Source of the DNA: Candidatus Bathyarchaeota archaeon
GTDB taxonomy: Archaea > Thermoproteota > Bathyarchaeia > Bathyarchaeales > Bathycorpusculaceae
Length of the DNA: 59,952 bases
Direction: 5' to 3'
NCBI GenBank assembly: GCA_963768425.1
Contig: CAVYHV010000024.1
Location: forward strand, 1-59,952
Under the pieces are notes generated by a model. It worked only from the letters and a program-made list of their open reading frames with translations. It searched no databases and had not been told where the DNA came from. Below, one piece after another: positions 17,768-28,086 of the stretch (position 1 is the stretch's first letter; every line of letters begins with the position of its first letter). Position numbers and translations under genes: made by a program.

Positions 17768-18205
17768 CTGACAACCGGCATAAAAATCACCTGCGACGAA
17801 ATGCGTTACATTGCATTGTTTGAAAGCATAAGCGGCGCAAGCGTGAAGGACTGTATTGTAGACGAAGTAGAGCAAAGGGCAATATTCATTGTCAACCAAG
17901 GCCAAGTGGGTGTTGCAATAGGGAAAGGCGGCAGAAACATACATACACTTGAACGCATGACGGGCAAAAAACACGAGATCATCGAGTACAGCGAAGACCC
18001 AGTTCAATTCATGAAGAACGCTTTGAAGCCCGCAGCAGTGAGAGAAGTGCGCGTTACTGAAAGAACTGACGGCAAAAAAATGGCAGTCATCACGGTTAAC
18101 CCAAAAGACAAGGGCGTCGCAATAGGTAAAAACGGCAAGAACGCCGAACGTCTGCGCTTTTTAGCAAAACGATACTTCGACATTCAGAACGTAAGCATCA
18201 CTTGA
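17768..18205 (+). CDS. nusA: Archaeal NusA (two KH domains)
   Basis: IKIT.DEMRYIALFE, AIGKGG and AIGKNG. The frame extends upstream of ATG 17801 to CTG 17768, which follows GGAGG. Confidence 0.95.
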   Translation: MTTGIKITCDEMRYIALFESISGASVKDCIVDEVEQRAIFIVNQGQVGVAIGKGGRNIHTLERMTGKKHEIIEYSEDPVQFMKNALKPAAVREVRVTERTDGKKMAVITVNPKDKGVAIGKNGKNAERLRFLAKRYFDIQNVSIT

Positions 18206-18293
18206 GAAGTCCACTTTGGGCAGATCTGGCGATGAAGCGTCGCTGAATCAAGAATTGTTTTTCGTAGGTAAATTGGAAAATAAGTTAGATCCT

Positions 18294-18635
18294 TTAATGT
18301 CCCGCTTCGGTTGATTCTGTTTTCTCGTCCAGCATTTCTTTTATTAGGTTGCGGTAGGTTTGAAGGTAATTATTTCCCTCTTGGGTAACAGAGTACACTT
18401 TTCGGGCTCGTCCACTTTTTTGTTGTGTTTTGCTTTCCAGAAAGCCTCTTGTCTCAAGGGCTTTTAGTGCGGGGTAAAGTGCACCGTGCCTTAGTTTTAT
18501 GTTGAATTGTTCCTCTACTTGTTTTTTAATGTGGTACCCCCATGTTGGTTGGGCTTGCAGTATCCGGAGTAATTCGATTTCTAGTAGGTTTCTGATTATG
18601 TGTTGTACAATTTCGTCCTTGTAGGTTTCTGACAT
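18294..18635 (-). CDS. PadR-family transcriptional regulator
   Basis: PTWGYHI...GALYPALKALE..G...RARKVYSVT.EG. Confidence 0.9.
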   Translation of the reverse strand: MSETYKDEIVQHIIRNLLEIELLRILQAQPTWGYHIKKQVEEQFNIKLRHGALYPALKALETRGFLESKTQQKSGRARKVYSVTQEGNNYLQTYRNLIKEMLDEKTESTEAGH

Positions 18636-18794
18636 GAGGTTGTACCGTGATGCGAGTTGATATGAATTGTTTGATGTTGTGTTTATATGTTTTATGACGA
18701 TTGTGCTGGCTGCTGCATTGCCGTGTTATGTTTTTGTATGCTTGTATTATGTATGAAGATTTATATTATGGTCTATTAATATTAACTATTCAAG

Positions 18795-18816
18795 ATATGT
18801 CTGAAATAGGACATAT
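18795..18816. promoter_or_regulatory. Inverted repeat ATATGTC-N8-GACATAT, putative PadR operator
   Basis: 7-bp perfect IR in the AT-rich spacer between two divergent PadR genes. Confidence 0.45.
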
Positions 18817-18859
18817 TGTATCCATGTAGAACAGCAAAACTGTTCAACAGAAATACAGG

Positions 18860-19264
18860 TTGAGAAAAATGTTAAAAACATTAACAATGCAAAAAGAGGT
18901 TTCAAATAAACTGATGAAAGGTCTATTGGACCTCATCATACTGCAGTTTCTAGGCAACCAACCGATGCATGGGTATCAAATCATAACCAAGATTCGAAAA
19001 AACTACGGCGTTTACTTTGGTCCGAGCACTGTCTATCCGTTGCTTAATTCTCTTGAAAAAAAGGGTTTTGTGAAAGGCGATTGGAACATGAATTTTGACA
19101 GACCAAGAAAGATATACAGTCTCACTAACGGCGGTCAAAGCATGCTTGATTTCACACAAGACTCGCTGAATCTAATATGCCGAAAATTAGCTAATCAGCC
19201 ATGTGTTGAGCAGCCCGCGTTGGCCATGGTGGCGAAATTACCAGCGCACAAAGAAGTTGCTTAA
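18860..19264 (+). CDS. PadR-family transcriptional regulator
   Basis: KGLLDLIIL...PMHGYQI...STVYPLL..LEKKG...RPRKIYSLT. Confidence 0.9.
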   Translation: MRKMLKTLTMQKEVSNKLMKGLLDLIILQFLGNQPMHGYQIITKIRKNYGVYFGPSTVYPLLNSLEKKGFVKGDWNMNFDRPRKIYSLTNGGQSMLDFTQDSLNLICRKLANQPCVEQPALAMVAKLPAHKEVA

Positions 19265-19412
19265 CGGCGTTACCTGCAGAGACGTGATGTTTCGGTTGTA
19301 GTTGAGGTTATCTTATAGCTATTGTGCTTCAGCCTAGAAGTCTCCCTAGAAACTTGTTTGGTTCAAACGTGTTTTAAATATCTGGACATCCAATCTTTAC
19401 TGGAAGACGTAT

Positions 19413-21131
19413 TTGAATCAAATTGGAAGCTTGGAGAACAAGGAATTCAATAATCAATTGTTGGATTTGTGCAGACGTATCGCTGGCTCCGCAGATATTA
19501 CCGCCATTGCACAGGTTGATAGGTTTTCTGCGGAGGGTTCAGGCGAGAAAACGCTGGTAGAAGTTGTGGTTGTCCTGCGGGATTTTCAGCCCCGAATCAT
19601 CAGTTACCCAAGAACCCTAAATGAGAGACCTGTTTTTATCTTGGCGATTGACCAATGGGTTTTTGAGCGGGACATCGAGAGGGGTTTTCTCGGAGAGGCA
19701 ATCGCGAGCAAACTTGCTTTTCCCTACATGGCGGTTACCGGCGATGATTACTTGCATAAACAAGAGGTCGCCCTGAAGAAACGTTTGATTCTTGAGCTGC
19801 TAGAAAATTTAGCTCTTAATTTTCCAGAGCTTGCCAGCACTCTGCAGATTAGGACGCAATATTTCCTCTATGAGGTGCTTTTGAACCGAATTAGAGTCTT
19901 TCCCCTTCTTGCATATAATGCCTCAAGCGTTATCGCTGGAGTCACCGTTAACGAGGTAAAAGCCCTTGAAAGCTACAAAGAAGCATTAAGCTTGCTTGAG
20001 AAAGAAGGAAGAATCTATTATTCTGATGGCTACGTCAAGATTTCAAAGAAACTTATCGAACAAAGCCAAAACCCGGGAATGCGAATTCTCAGCGCTACGA
20101 GGAATGCGCCGCGAACCCTTTTCACATCCTTTTTCGGTTTTTTCCCCCAACTTATGAGTATAGTTTCACAGAACACCGAAATCTTCCTTAGAACGCAAAA
20201 AATTAATTGGCCACGACTTCCAGATCCCGCCTACCTTTTTGTTGATCCTCAGAAATACGTGTTTTTCCAAACCTCGGAAGGCCTAATTTCACTTGCAGAT
20301 AATGTTGATATCAAAGGCTTTGCCAAAAAAATGCTGCTGAAAGGCCAGGGTGAAAACATAGAGGTTGAACCGCTAGGTGGAATGCTAAACGACGTTTACG
20401 TAATCGAAGCCAAAGGAAAAGGCGGAGAGAGCAAAGTTCTTGCAAAACGTTACAAAGATTTGTCAGGGTTTAAATGGTTTCCGTTAACGGTGTGGTCCCT
20501 TGGCGTTCGGTCTCTTTCGGTTTCGGCTCAGGCAAGACTTGCCAAAGAATGTGCCATGAACGAGCTGTTGAGAAGCGAGGGGTTCAATGTGCCCAAGATT
20601 TTTCACGTAAGCAATGCCGAGCGTTTGGTTTTTATGGAGTTCATTGAGGGCGAAGGGCTTCATGAAACTTTAAAATGTATAGCTGCGGCCAAGAAGGGCG
20701 AGAGCATTGAGCAAAAACTAGCCATGATAAGCAAAGCGGGTGAAATTTTCGCCCAAATCCATTCGTGCAGCATCACTTTAGGCGATACAAAACCGGAAAA
20801 CATGCTTGTCAAAGCCGACGGAAGCATCTTTCTAATAGATTTCGAGCAAGCTTCCCGAGTGTCTCAGAAGGGCAACAAAGCCTGGGATTTAGCTGTGTTC
20901 CTCTATTATTCGGGACATTACATGCAGCCGCTAAACGCAGGCGGAGTCAAAGCTGAAGCCTTCACTAAAGCATTCATAAAAGGATACCTAAATGCTGGCG
21001 GCGACATCAACGACGTTCAGATGGCTGGTACCTCAAAGTACACCAGAGTTTTCGGAATTTTTACCATGTGGTCAATCATCTCAGTGATCGCAAACGTATG
21101 CAGAAAAGCTGAATCGCCTCTTCTGAACTGA
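19413..21131 (+). CDS. Protein with C-terminal RIO/Bud32/Kdo-like kinase domain and an uncharacterised N-terminal region
   Basis: VLAK, VPKI, MEFIEG, GDTKPEN and LIDFEQA kinase motifs. Confidence 0.8.
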   Translation: MNQIGSLENKEFNNQLLDLCRRIAGSADITAIAQVDRFSAEGSGEKTLVEVVVVLRDFQPRIISYPRTLNERPVFILAIDQWVFERDIERGFLGEAIASKLAFPYMAVTGDDYLHKQEVALKKRLILELLENLALNFPELASTLQIRTQYFLYEVLLNRIRVFPLLAYNASSVIAGVTVNEVKALESYKEALSLLEKEGRIYYSDGYVKISKKLIEQSQNPGMRILSATRNAPRTLFTSFFGFFPQLMSIVSQNTEIFLRTQKINWPRLPDPAYLFVDPQKYVFFQTSEGLISLADNVDIKGFAKKMLLKGQGENIEVEPLGGMLNDVYVIEAKGKGGESKVLAKRYKDLSGFKWFPLTVWSLGVRSLSVSAQARLAKECAMNELLRSEGFNVPKIFHVSNAERLVFMEFIEGEGLHETLKCIAAAKKGESIEQKLAMISKAGEIFAQIHSCSITLGDTKPENMLVKADGSIFLIDFEQASRVSQKGNKAWDLAVFLYYSGHYMQPLNAGGVKAEAFTKAFIKGYLNAGGDINDVQMAGTSKYTRVFGIFTMWSIISVIANVCRKAESPLLN

Positions 21132-21567
21132 AAGCGAAAGAGTTGAGCGGTTAAAAAACCCCTACTTGTGAAGCAACTGTTGAGATGACATTACCAACAG
21201 CAGGTGGGATTATTTTTTCTAGAAGGATTGGGAAGTTGCAAAAGATCGTCGTTGCCCACGATGGTTGCAATGTGCTTCATGGTATTTGGCTGAAGCGAAA
21301 ATGGACAGAGTTGATTCACATCTAAGTGGCTATTCTTTTGGCTGTCTCAATACTTCTGTTTCGGATAATGGTGGTGCAGGGAGGTTGTTCGAGTCTCGAA
21401 AAAGATTTCTATTGATGGCATCTCTTGGTTTGATTGACGTCATGAACCGAGAAATCATTTTCGGTTGTTCGATGCCTCGAAGTAGCCATTCAAGTGATTG
21501 AGAAGAGTTCCGGGTGTTTCAGTTAGACGTATCGTGAAGTTTATTTAGCGCTGAATGCATTGGATAA

Positions 21568-21861
21568 TTGGTTTTTATGAACGACTTCTTGTACTATAAG
21601 GGACTCTTCAAGGTTAAGGCTATCACTAAAAGTGAAGGCTACTGGATTGTTGAGGCCTTAGAGGATTTTGATGATTTTGTTGATGATGAACGGGTCACCG
21701 TTAAAGTGGGCGAAAGACGCATAGTGACGCCGACAGAACTGCATGATAAAAAGGTCCTTCCTCCGCCAATACCCGAACACGTTTACGAGAGGCGGCTCGA
21801 AAAGAAGGTTAAACGGATGGTTGAAGAATACGAGAGCAAAAACAAGGAAGCAACAACGTAG
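21568..21861 (+). CDS. Hypothetical protein
   Basis: Clean 97-aa ORF with natural composition; likely start ATG 21577. Confidence 0.65.
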   Translation: MVFMNDFLYYKGLFKVKAITKSEGYWIVEALEDFDDFVDDERVTVKVGERRIVTPTELHDKKVLPPPIPEHVYERRLEKKVKRMVEEYESKNKEATT

Positions 21862-21886
21862 ACTTTTAGCTTTGGCTTATTGCTTG

Positions 21887-24800
21887 TTATTGAACGCTGT
21901 TTGCTTCCAAAGGTAAATCTATCGTGAATTTTGTTCCGTTGCCTTCTTCGCTTACAAAGCTTACTGTGCCGCCTAAACCTTCGACAAGGCGCTTGACGAC
22001 TGCCAAACCTAAGCCTTGACCTTTCGATTTAGTAGTAAACAGAGGCTTAAACACGTTAGGCTTAACATTGTCTGGAATTCCCACACCAGTGTCTTCGACG
22101 TTGATGTGTATCCTCTCATCTTTTACTTTTGCGTTAATCTTTAGTTTTCCGCCGTTTGGCATAGCTTGAATCGCATTTATGATGAGGTTGGTTAGAACTC
22201 GTCGCATATAGGTGAAATCTGTCTTAAGGGTCAAGTCTGTATCAACATTTAGTTGGGTTTGTATGTTTTTCGGAATGATGGTTTTTGCGAGTATGCCGTT
22301 GATTAAATCGCAAAGTTTGGTTTCTACGATGTTTGGTTTTATCGTTCTTGTGTAATCCTGTAGGTCGCTAACTATTTTGTCGATGTAGACAATGTTTTGT
22401 TCTATCGATTCAATGCTCTCTTCCATAGCCTTCCTGCTTTCGCCCTTGGGCATGCCTTTTAGCTCATCGTTCAGCAAGTACAAGTCGCTGGTTATGGCTT
22501 GCAGGGGATTGCGGATATCGTGTCCAACCATTCCCGCTGTCTCGCCTATGTTGGCTAGCCGCTGGTATTTTCTCAACTCGTGGATATCAACAAAGGAAAT
22601 GATGGCTCCGGCGATTCGGTCGTCTTGTGTAATGTACGGTCGTATTCGCATGTCATAGTAGTGCCCCTTTTCATCTTGCACTTCTTTGGTGATGGGGTGA
22701 AGCTTAGATATAACTTCGGAAATGTTTTTTTCTAGGTTTTCAACTTTAATGCCTAATTTGATGCTTGTCAGGGTTAGCCCAATTTCGGGTGGCGAAAGAT
22801 TTAGAACAGTTTGTGCTGAAGGAGAAAATAGTCTAATCCTTAAATTTCGATCAACCATTACAATGGCGGGGTCAACGTTTCTGTTTAGATTAGTTAAGTC
22901 ATCGTTTACCTGTGCAAGTGTTTGGTTTCGATTTTTCAACTCGTCATTTAGTGTCTTTAGTTCTTCGTTGCTTGACTGAAGTTCTTCTTTCGCAGTTTCC
23001 AATTCTTCATTTGTGCTCTGTAATTCCTCGTTGCTCGATTGTGCCTCCTCCATTGTAGTTCTCAACTCTTCGTTTGTTGCTTCCTGAGTTTCGACTATTC
23101 TCTGCAAAGACTGCCTTGTGGAGTCCAACTCTTCCCTGAGCTCTCGATTTTGTCGATCTCTGGCGTACTCTTGCCCTTCTGAACTATAGCTTAATTCCAT
23201 ATTTTGACGTAGGAGATTTGCCGCCGAGGTTACATCTTCAAATAGAAGCAGGAAAAAAGGTTCATCGTATTGCGGTACATGCATCGGGATTACATGAATG
23301 TTGATTGTTTTCTGTTCTCCAGCATACTCAAAACGTACTGCGTTTTCCTTGATGGATTTTTTTTCTTTTCTTGCATGATAAATGATCGACGTTATCTCGG
23401 GTCTTAATTCTTTACGAATAATCTTAGCCAAATTTAGACTAGCCAATCCCGATTCAGGCGAAACGTAATTTACAACGTTCCCTCGGAAAATAAGAATATC
23501 TAAATCATTATTGACTAGTAACGCTGCAGGAACATACTCGGTGATCAACAATCGGTCCATTTCGTCGCGTAATACCGAAAGTACATCTTCCTTCTCAACA
23601 TTTTTCTCGCCTTTAGACTTTAGATTGGCATACGAGGCTTGCAAACCGAAAGTAATGCTGGGTTGCGCTCTTTTCTTAACATAGATTACACTTTGTTTGC
23701 CTACAGGTTCAAAGAAACTGGTGAATTGACTAATGCTTTCAGATGCTCCCAGAACCAGAAAACCGCCAAGTTTCAACGAATAATGCAGAGTGTGCACTAT
23801 TCTTTCATGGAGGTACTGATCAAAATATATTAGCATGTTACGGCAGCTGACGAGGTCTAAGTTGGAGAATGGCGGGTCAGCAGTTATGTCTTGCTTTGCA
23901 AAAACGCACATGTCTCGGATGGTTTTTACGATTTGAAAGTTGCCGTTATTGCAAGCGAAGAATTTTTCTAGTCGATTTTTGTTGATGTCGGCTTCGACGG
24001 TTTTCAGATAGATGCCTTGTCGTGCCTTCTCAATGTTTTTTTCGTTGACATCGGTGCCAAAAATTTGGACTTGAAGGTTTACTGAGTTTTCGTTGATGTA
24101 TTCTTGAATTGCGATAGCAAATGAGTAGGCTTCCTCTCCTGTTGAGCAGCCTGGAATCCAAATCCTAATTGGATCTTTAGACGTCCGGTTTTTCACAAGC
24201 TCAGGGAACACGGTTTTCTTAAGTGCTTCAAAGGTTTCTGGTTCTCTGAAAAAGCTAGTTACGCCAATTAACATGTCGTTATATAACGCTTCCAACTCAT
24301 TGGGGTGTTTCCTCAAGTACTCTACGTACTGAACAATTCCATCAACGTTGTTAATTACCATTCGTCGGGAAACGCGGCGATTCACAACAGTATCCTTGTA
24401 ATGCGAGAAATCAACATTAGACGCGTTTTTTAACATAGAAAATATCGCAGTCAAGCCTGTTTCTTTTCTAACTGAGGGCCCTTTTGTCCCCTTTTCTTGT
24501 TTTGATTCAATTTCGATGTGTACCATCTGAGGGTTCTTAGCGATGATTGGCAGTTTCTCAGCGATTTTTTCAGGAGGCAAAATGAAATCCGCTGCATCTG
24601 CAGAGATAGCGCTCTGAGGCATGCCTGAATACTGTGCGGACTCTGGACTTTGTGCGAAGGTGATTCCCCCTTGCGCTTTGATTGCTCTTAGCCCTTCGGT
24701 TCCATCGGAGCCTGTTCCGGAAAGAATGATCCCTATGCTTCGAGCCTTCAAATCGTCCGCAAGAGAAGTAAGGAAAGCATCTATCGGCTTTGCAGAGCTA

Positions 24801-25144
24801 CCTTTTGTGTCAAGTTTAAGGATCTTATTACCCATGGTCATGATTGTTCCGGGAGGAATTACATAAACGTGGTTTGCTTCAATTTGCGTATTATCTTTAA
24901 CCGTTTGAACAGGCATGTCAGTGAATCTTGAAAGAATCTCTGCTAACATGCTTTCTTGACCTGCAGCAAGATGCTGTATGATAACAAAAGATAACCCCGT
25001 GTCGGCAGGCAAGCATTCGAGCAACGCTTTGAACGCTTCTAATCCACCAGCCGAAGCGCCAATTCCAACAGTTATGACAGATTCTCCCTCTGTGAAATCT
25101 GAAGCGCTTTTGCGAGGATTCTCGTTCTCTTTAGATTTTTTCAT
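21887..25144 (-). CDS. CheB methylesterase-CheR methyltransferase-PAS-histidine kinase fusion
   Basis: GASAGG, QH and SGTGSDG (CheB); GCSTGEEAYS and SCRNMLIY (CheR); NEELQS coiled coil; HDIRNPL, NAIQA and GQGLGL (kinase). Confidence 0.95.
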   Translation of the reverse strand: MKKSKENENPRKSASDFTEGESVITVGIGASAGGLEAFKALLECLPADTGLSFVIIQHLAAGQESMLAEILSRFTDMPVQTVKDNTQIEANHVYVIPPGTIMTMGNKILKLDTKGSSAKPIDAFLTSLADDLKARSIGIILSGTGSDGTEGLRAIKAQGGITFAQSPESAQYSGMPQSAISADAADFILPPEKIAEKLPIIAKNPQMVHIEIESKQEKGTKGPSVRKETGLTAIFSMLKNASNVDFSHYKDTVVNRRVSRRMVINNVDGIVQYVEYLRKHPNELEALYNDMLIGVTSFFREPETFEALKKTVFPELVKNRTSKDPIRIWIPGCSTGEEAYSFAIAIQEYINENSVNLQVQIFGTDVNEKNIEKARQGIYLKTVEADINKNRLEKFFACNNGNFQIVKTIRDMCVFAKQDITADPPFSNLDLVSCRNMLIYFDQYLHERIVHTLHYSLKLGGFLVLGASESISQFTSFFEPVGKQSVIYVKKRAQPSITFGLQASYANLKSKGEKNVEKEDVLSVLRDEMDRLLITEYVPAALLVNNDLDILIFRGNVVNYVSPESGLASLNLAKIIRKELRPEITSIIYHARKEKKSIKENAVRFEYAGEQKTINIHVIPMHVPQYDEPFFLLLFEDVTSAANLLRQNMELSYSSEGQEYARDRQNRELREELDSTRQSLQRIVETQEATNEELRTTMEEAQSSNEELQSTNEELETAKEELQSSNEELKTLNDELKNRNQTLAQVNDDLTNLNRNVDPAIVMVDRNLRIRLFSPSAQTVLNLSPPEIGLTLTSIKLGIKVENLEKNISEVISKLHPITKEVQDEKGHYYDMRIRPYITQDDRIAGAIISFVDIHELRKYQRLANIGETAGMVGHDIRNPLQAITSDLYLLNDELKGMPKGESRKAMEESIESIEQNIVYIDKIVSDLQDYTRTIKPNIVETKLCDLINGILAKTIIPKNIQTQLNVDTDLTLKTDFTYMRRVLTNLIINAIQAMPNGGKLKINAKVKDERIHINVEDTGVGIPDNVKPNVFKPLFTTKSKGQGLGLAVVKRLVEGLGGTVSFVSEEGNGTKFTIDLPLEANSVQ

Positions 25145-25339
25145 TAATTTTCAGCTCTCAAAAAATGATTTGAACTTAATTGTACGTTCGCGGTTGCTCG
25201 CTGGCTACTTCTCAGTGAACACTGCATATTAATCTATTCATTTTCAAATCAAAGTCATCAGAAAAAATCTTCAAAAGTTCCTGACTGGTTTTAAACAGCT
25301 GCCAAAGCGTCTTGGGGAAGATTGGAGTTCAAAGCTTAA

Positions 25340-26269
25340 ATGACACAATTTGCATTTTCACTTCCCAAGAGGGAAACACAGTTGGTTAACCCGAAAATAT
25401 GCGAAGGAGACAACGTTCTCATTTACCTAGACGCACGCAGAACCTACATGATCAAGATACAGGCTGGCCAAACCTTTCACACTCACAAAGGCTATCTCAA
25501 ACTTGACGAGTTAATCGGGAAAGAGTACGGCGAGCCGATCAAAAGCAGCCTTGGTATATACTTCACGACCCTAAAACCTGCCTTGACCGATTACATCATG
25601 AAGTCTTCACGCAACACGCAAATCATTTACCCTAAAGACGCTGCCTTAATCGTCATGTTCAGCGGAATCGGCCCTGGAAGCCGAGTTGTCGAATCAGGAA
25701 CAGGTACAGGTTCCTTAACTACAGCGTTAGCCCACTACGTAGGCTCCACAGGCAAAGTCTACACTTACGAGTTGCGTAGCGAATTTCAGAAGAACGCTGC
25801 CAAAAATCTTGAACGTTCCAAACTCATCGACCGTGTTGAGATGAAAAGCGGCGACGTAACACAAGGAATCGAGGAGCGAGACGTGGACGCGGTGATTTTG
25901 GATTTGGCGGTTCCTTGGCTTGTTGTTTCACATGCTTACCAAGCGCTTAGACCATCAGGAATAATTGTTTCGTTTAGCCCAACCATCGATCAGGTAGTTA
26001 AGACAACTGAGGCGCTCAAAGAAAACGGGTTTGTATTCATTGAAACCATTGAGTGCTTGATGCGTGCCATGCAGGTTGAACGAGGAAAGACTCGACCACA
26101 AACGCTCATGACGGGGCACACGGGCTATATTACTCATGCGCGGAAAATCCTTAAAATGCCATCTCAACCTGCTGCGGAGCCTGCTAAGGAACAACCCGTG
26201 AAAGAAGAGGAAAAGCAGAACTCGTCGGAGGAGCCGCCCATGATCAATTTGAGTTTTGTCTACCCTTAG
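25340..26269 (+). CDS. trmI: tRNA (adenine-57/58-N1)-methyltransferase
   Basis: FHTHKG, TQIIYPKD, ESGTGTGSLT, LDLAVPW and HTGY. Confidence 0.95.
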   Translation: MTQFAFSLPKRETQLVNPKICEGDNVLIYLDARRTYMIKIQAGQTFHTHKGYLKLDELIGKEYGEPIKSSLGIYFTTLKPALTDYIMKSSRNTQIIYPKDAALIVMFSGIGPGSRVVESGTGTGSLTTALAHYVGSTGKVYTYELRSEFQKNAAKNLERSKLIDRVEMKSGDVTQGIEERDVDAVILDLAVPWLVVSHAYQALRPSGIIVSFSPTIDQVVKTTEALKENGFVFIETIECLMRAMQVERGKTRPQTLMTGHTGYITHARKILKMPSQPAAEPAKEQPVKEEEKQNSSEEPPMINLSFVYP

Positions 26270-27890
26270 GACCTTTAACTGTGGCGGACTCATACATGCT
26301 GAGTGTCCATAGGGCTTGTTTTAGTTGTTCGCCCCGTGTTAAACCGAAGTAGAAACCTGCGATTCTTCCTACATACGGGATAACGATGTGGTCAAGCGCT
26401 TTATAGAGGAATGGGTTGCGGATGCGGTTTTCGAGAAAAGTTGGCTTCCAAATTCGGACGTTGTATTCCCAGCATTTGATGAAGAAGTCCCAGCGTATTT
26501 GTGAGAGCGAATCAAGTTCAGCGCCCTTCTGCTTCATTAGGACACAGTTCTCCAGAGGAACAAAGAATAGGGGTACGTAGAAGGCGTTGTAGTCTTTCAA
26601 TTTATCCATTAACTCAAGAGTCTGAAGCACATCTTCCTCTTTCTCGTCAGGCAACCCAATTATCAACGTTGCAAGGGGATACCAATTATTATCGTTGAGT
26701 ATGCCAAACGCGCTTTCAACGATTTCCTGCCATTGCTCAGGCTTATACGGCAGCATCTTGCCCGCCATGTACTTCTTCATCAAGCGTGTGCTGCCAGTTT
26801 CAATCCCAGTTTCAGATGTGATAATCGCTTTCTTGCCAAAAGAATACCAGCTACGGTCAATGAGGACTTCCGCAAGTTCCTTAATCATCTGCGGATTGTT
26901 AACCGCCGGCGCCAAAGACATATGCGAAGCCTGAATGCTCTTAACTCCAGGGTACTTGGCAACGTTCTTGACTAGATTTACGACGGCATCTTTGTTCGGC
27001 ACAAAATTCTTTTCTGCTCCGTAAAGGAACAGGTCCTCGGTTACAAGGGTTATGTGGTCGCTACCCTCTGCTGTGGTCAATGCGACCTCACGCATGATTT
27101 TTTCAAACGGAACATCAATCTTATGCTGCATCGTAGGGGTACAAAATTGGCAGTTTCTGCCGCAACCCTTTGAAATTTCCACAGCACCATGAATACCCGC
27201 ATGCTTAGCTAGGGGCATTATGGCGTTGTAGTTCCAGTTGCTGATTGATTCGTCAGCTTTAACAATGCGGGGAAGCGGTTTATCGTTAACTGCCTTTTTG
27301 AAGATGTCAACGATCGGTTCAGGTCTTCCGCCGAGTAGCACGCAGTCGACGCCGTAACTGTCGGATACGTGTTTACGTTCCAATTGCCAAGCACCAAAGC
27401 CTCCGACGATGATTTTGGGCTTGTACTTCTTAATGCTTGGGTGGGTGACGAGTTTCTGGAATTCAACGGCGTTCATGGGTTCGCCGCCGCCGATTATTGA
27501 TGAGTACGTTTTACTTACATAGCCCATGCCTGTTGGATCCATGGAAGATATGCCAACAACCTTCGTTTCTGGACCTACAAAGTCTTCTAAATCTTCAGGG
27601 TGAACGACAACTACTTCTTTTTCTGTGAACCCGTTTTCTAGCAGCATCGCTTCTACTTTTCTTAAGCCGTAAGGAGCGAATCTTGCTCTTCCGTCTGGTT
27701 TCCGGTCTACTGGCGGATACAGGGTTTTTCTGACAAGTGTTAGGGGGAAGGGGCCTCTTGCAAAACCCGCTGTAAACGCTATGAAAGGATTATTGTAAAA
27801 GTCACTCATTTCTGTAGCTGACGCCGTTAAAACTATCTTTACCCCTGAACCTGAAGCCAACACTTTATCTCCTTGTCGAATAGCATACAA
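26244..27890 (-). CDS. Radical SAM protein with N-terminal B12-binding-like domain
   Basis: CGRNCQFC (CX3CX2C), APYGLRKVEA, GIETGS and IIGLP. Confidence 0.9.
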   Translation of the reverse strand: MYAIRQGDKVLASGSGVKIVLTASATEMSDFYNNPFIAFTAGFARGPFPLTLVRKTLYPPVDRKPDGRARFAPYGLRKVEAMLLENGFTEKEVVVVHPEDLEDFVGPETKVVGISSMDPTGMGYVSKTYSSIIGGGEPMNAVEFQKLVTHPSIKKYKPKIIVGGFGAWQLERKHVSDSYGVDCVLLGGRPEPIVDIFKKAVNDKPLPRIVKADESISNWNYNAIMPLAKHAGIHGAVEISKGCGRNCQFCTPTMQHKIDVPFEKIMREVALTTAEGSDHITLVTEDLFLYGAEKNFVPNKDAVVNLVKNVAKYPGVKSIQASHMSLAPAVNNPQMIKELAEVLIDRSWYSFGKKAIITSETGIETGSTRLMKKYMAGKMLPYKPEQWQEIVESAFGILNDNNWYPLATLIIGLPDEKEEDVLQTLELMDKLKDYNAFYVPLFFVPLENCVLMKQKGAELDSLSQIRWDFFIKCWEYNVRIWKPTFLENRIRNPFLYKALDHIVIPYVGRIAGFYFGLTRGEQLKQALWTLSMYESATVKGPKGRQNSN

Positions 27891-28086
27891 GAATATCCCA
27901 TAGTCCTTAAAAGAATTACTATTGCCTGATTGGCAACACGTATGAATATCAGTGAAGCAAGCGCTAAGAACGTTGGGATAAAATGGTTTTAAAATTGAAG
28001 CTAAAGCATTTTCGCGTTATCAACACTATTTTTTTCTCGACTCGAAAACTATTGGTTTTGGTTAACGAAGGGTTGGATCAATAGCG

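Noticed and set aside
10889-18007. Short antisense ORFs inside rpoB, rpoA and nusA (and similar ones elsewhere)
   Set aside because: Shadow frames of long conserved genes with no recognisable motifs.
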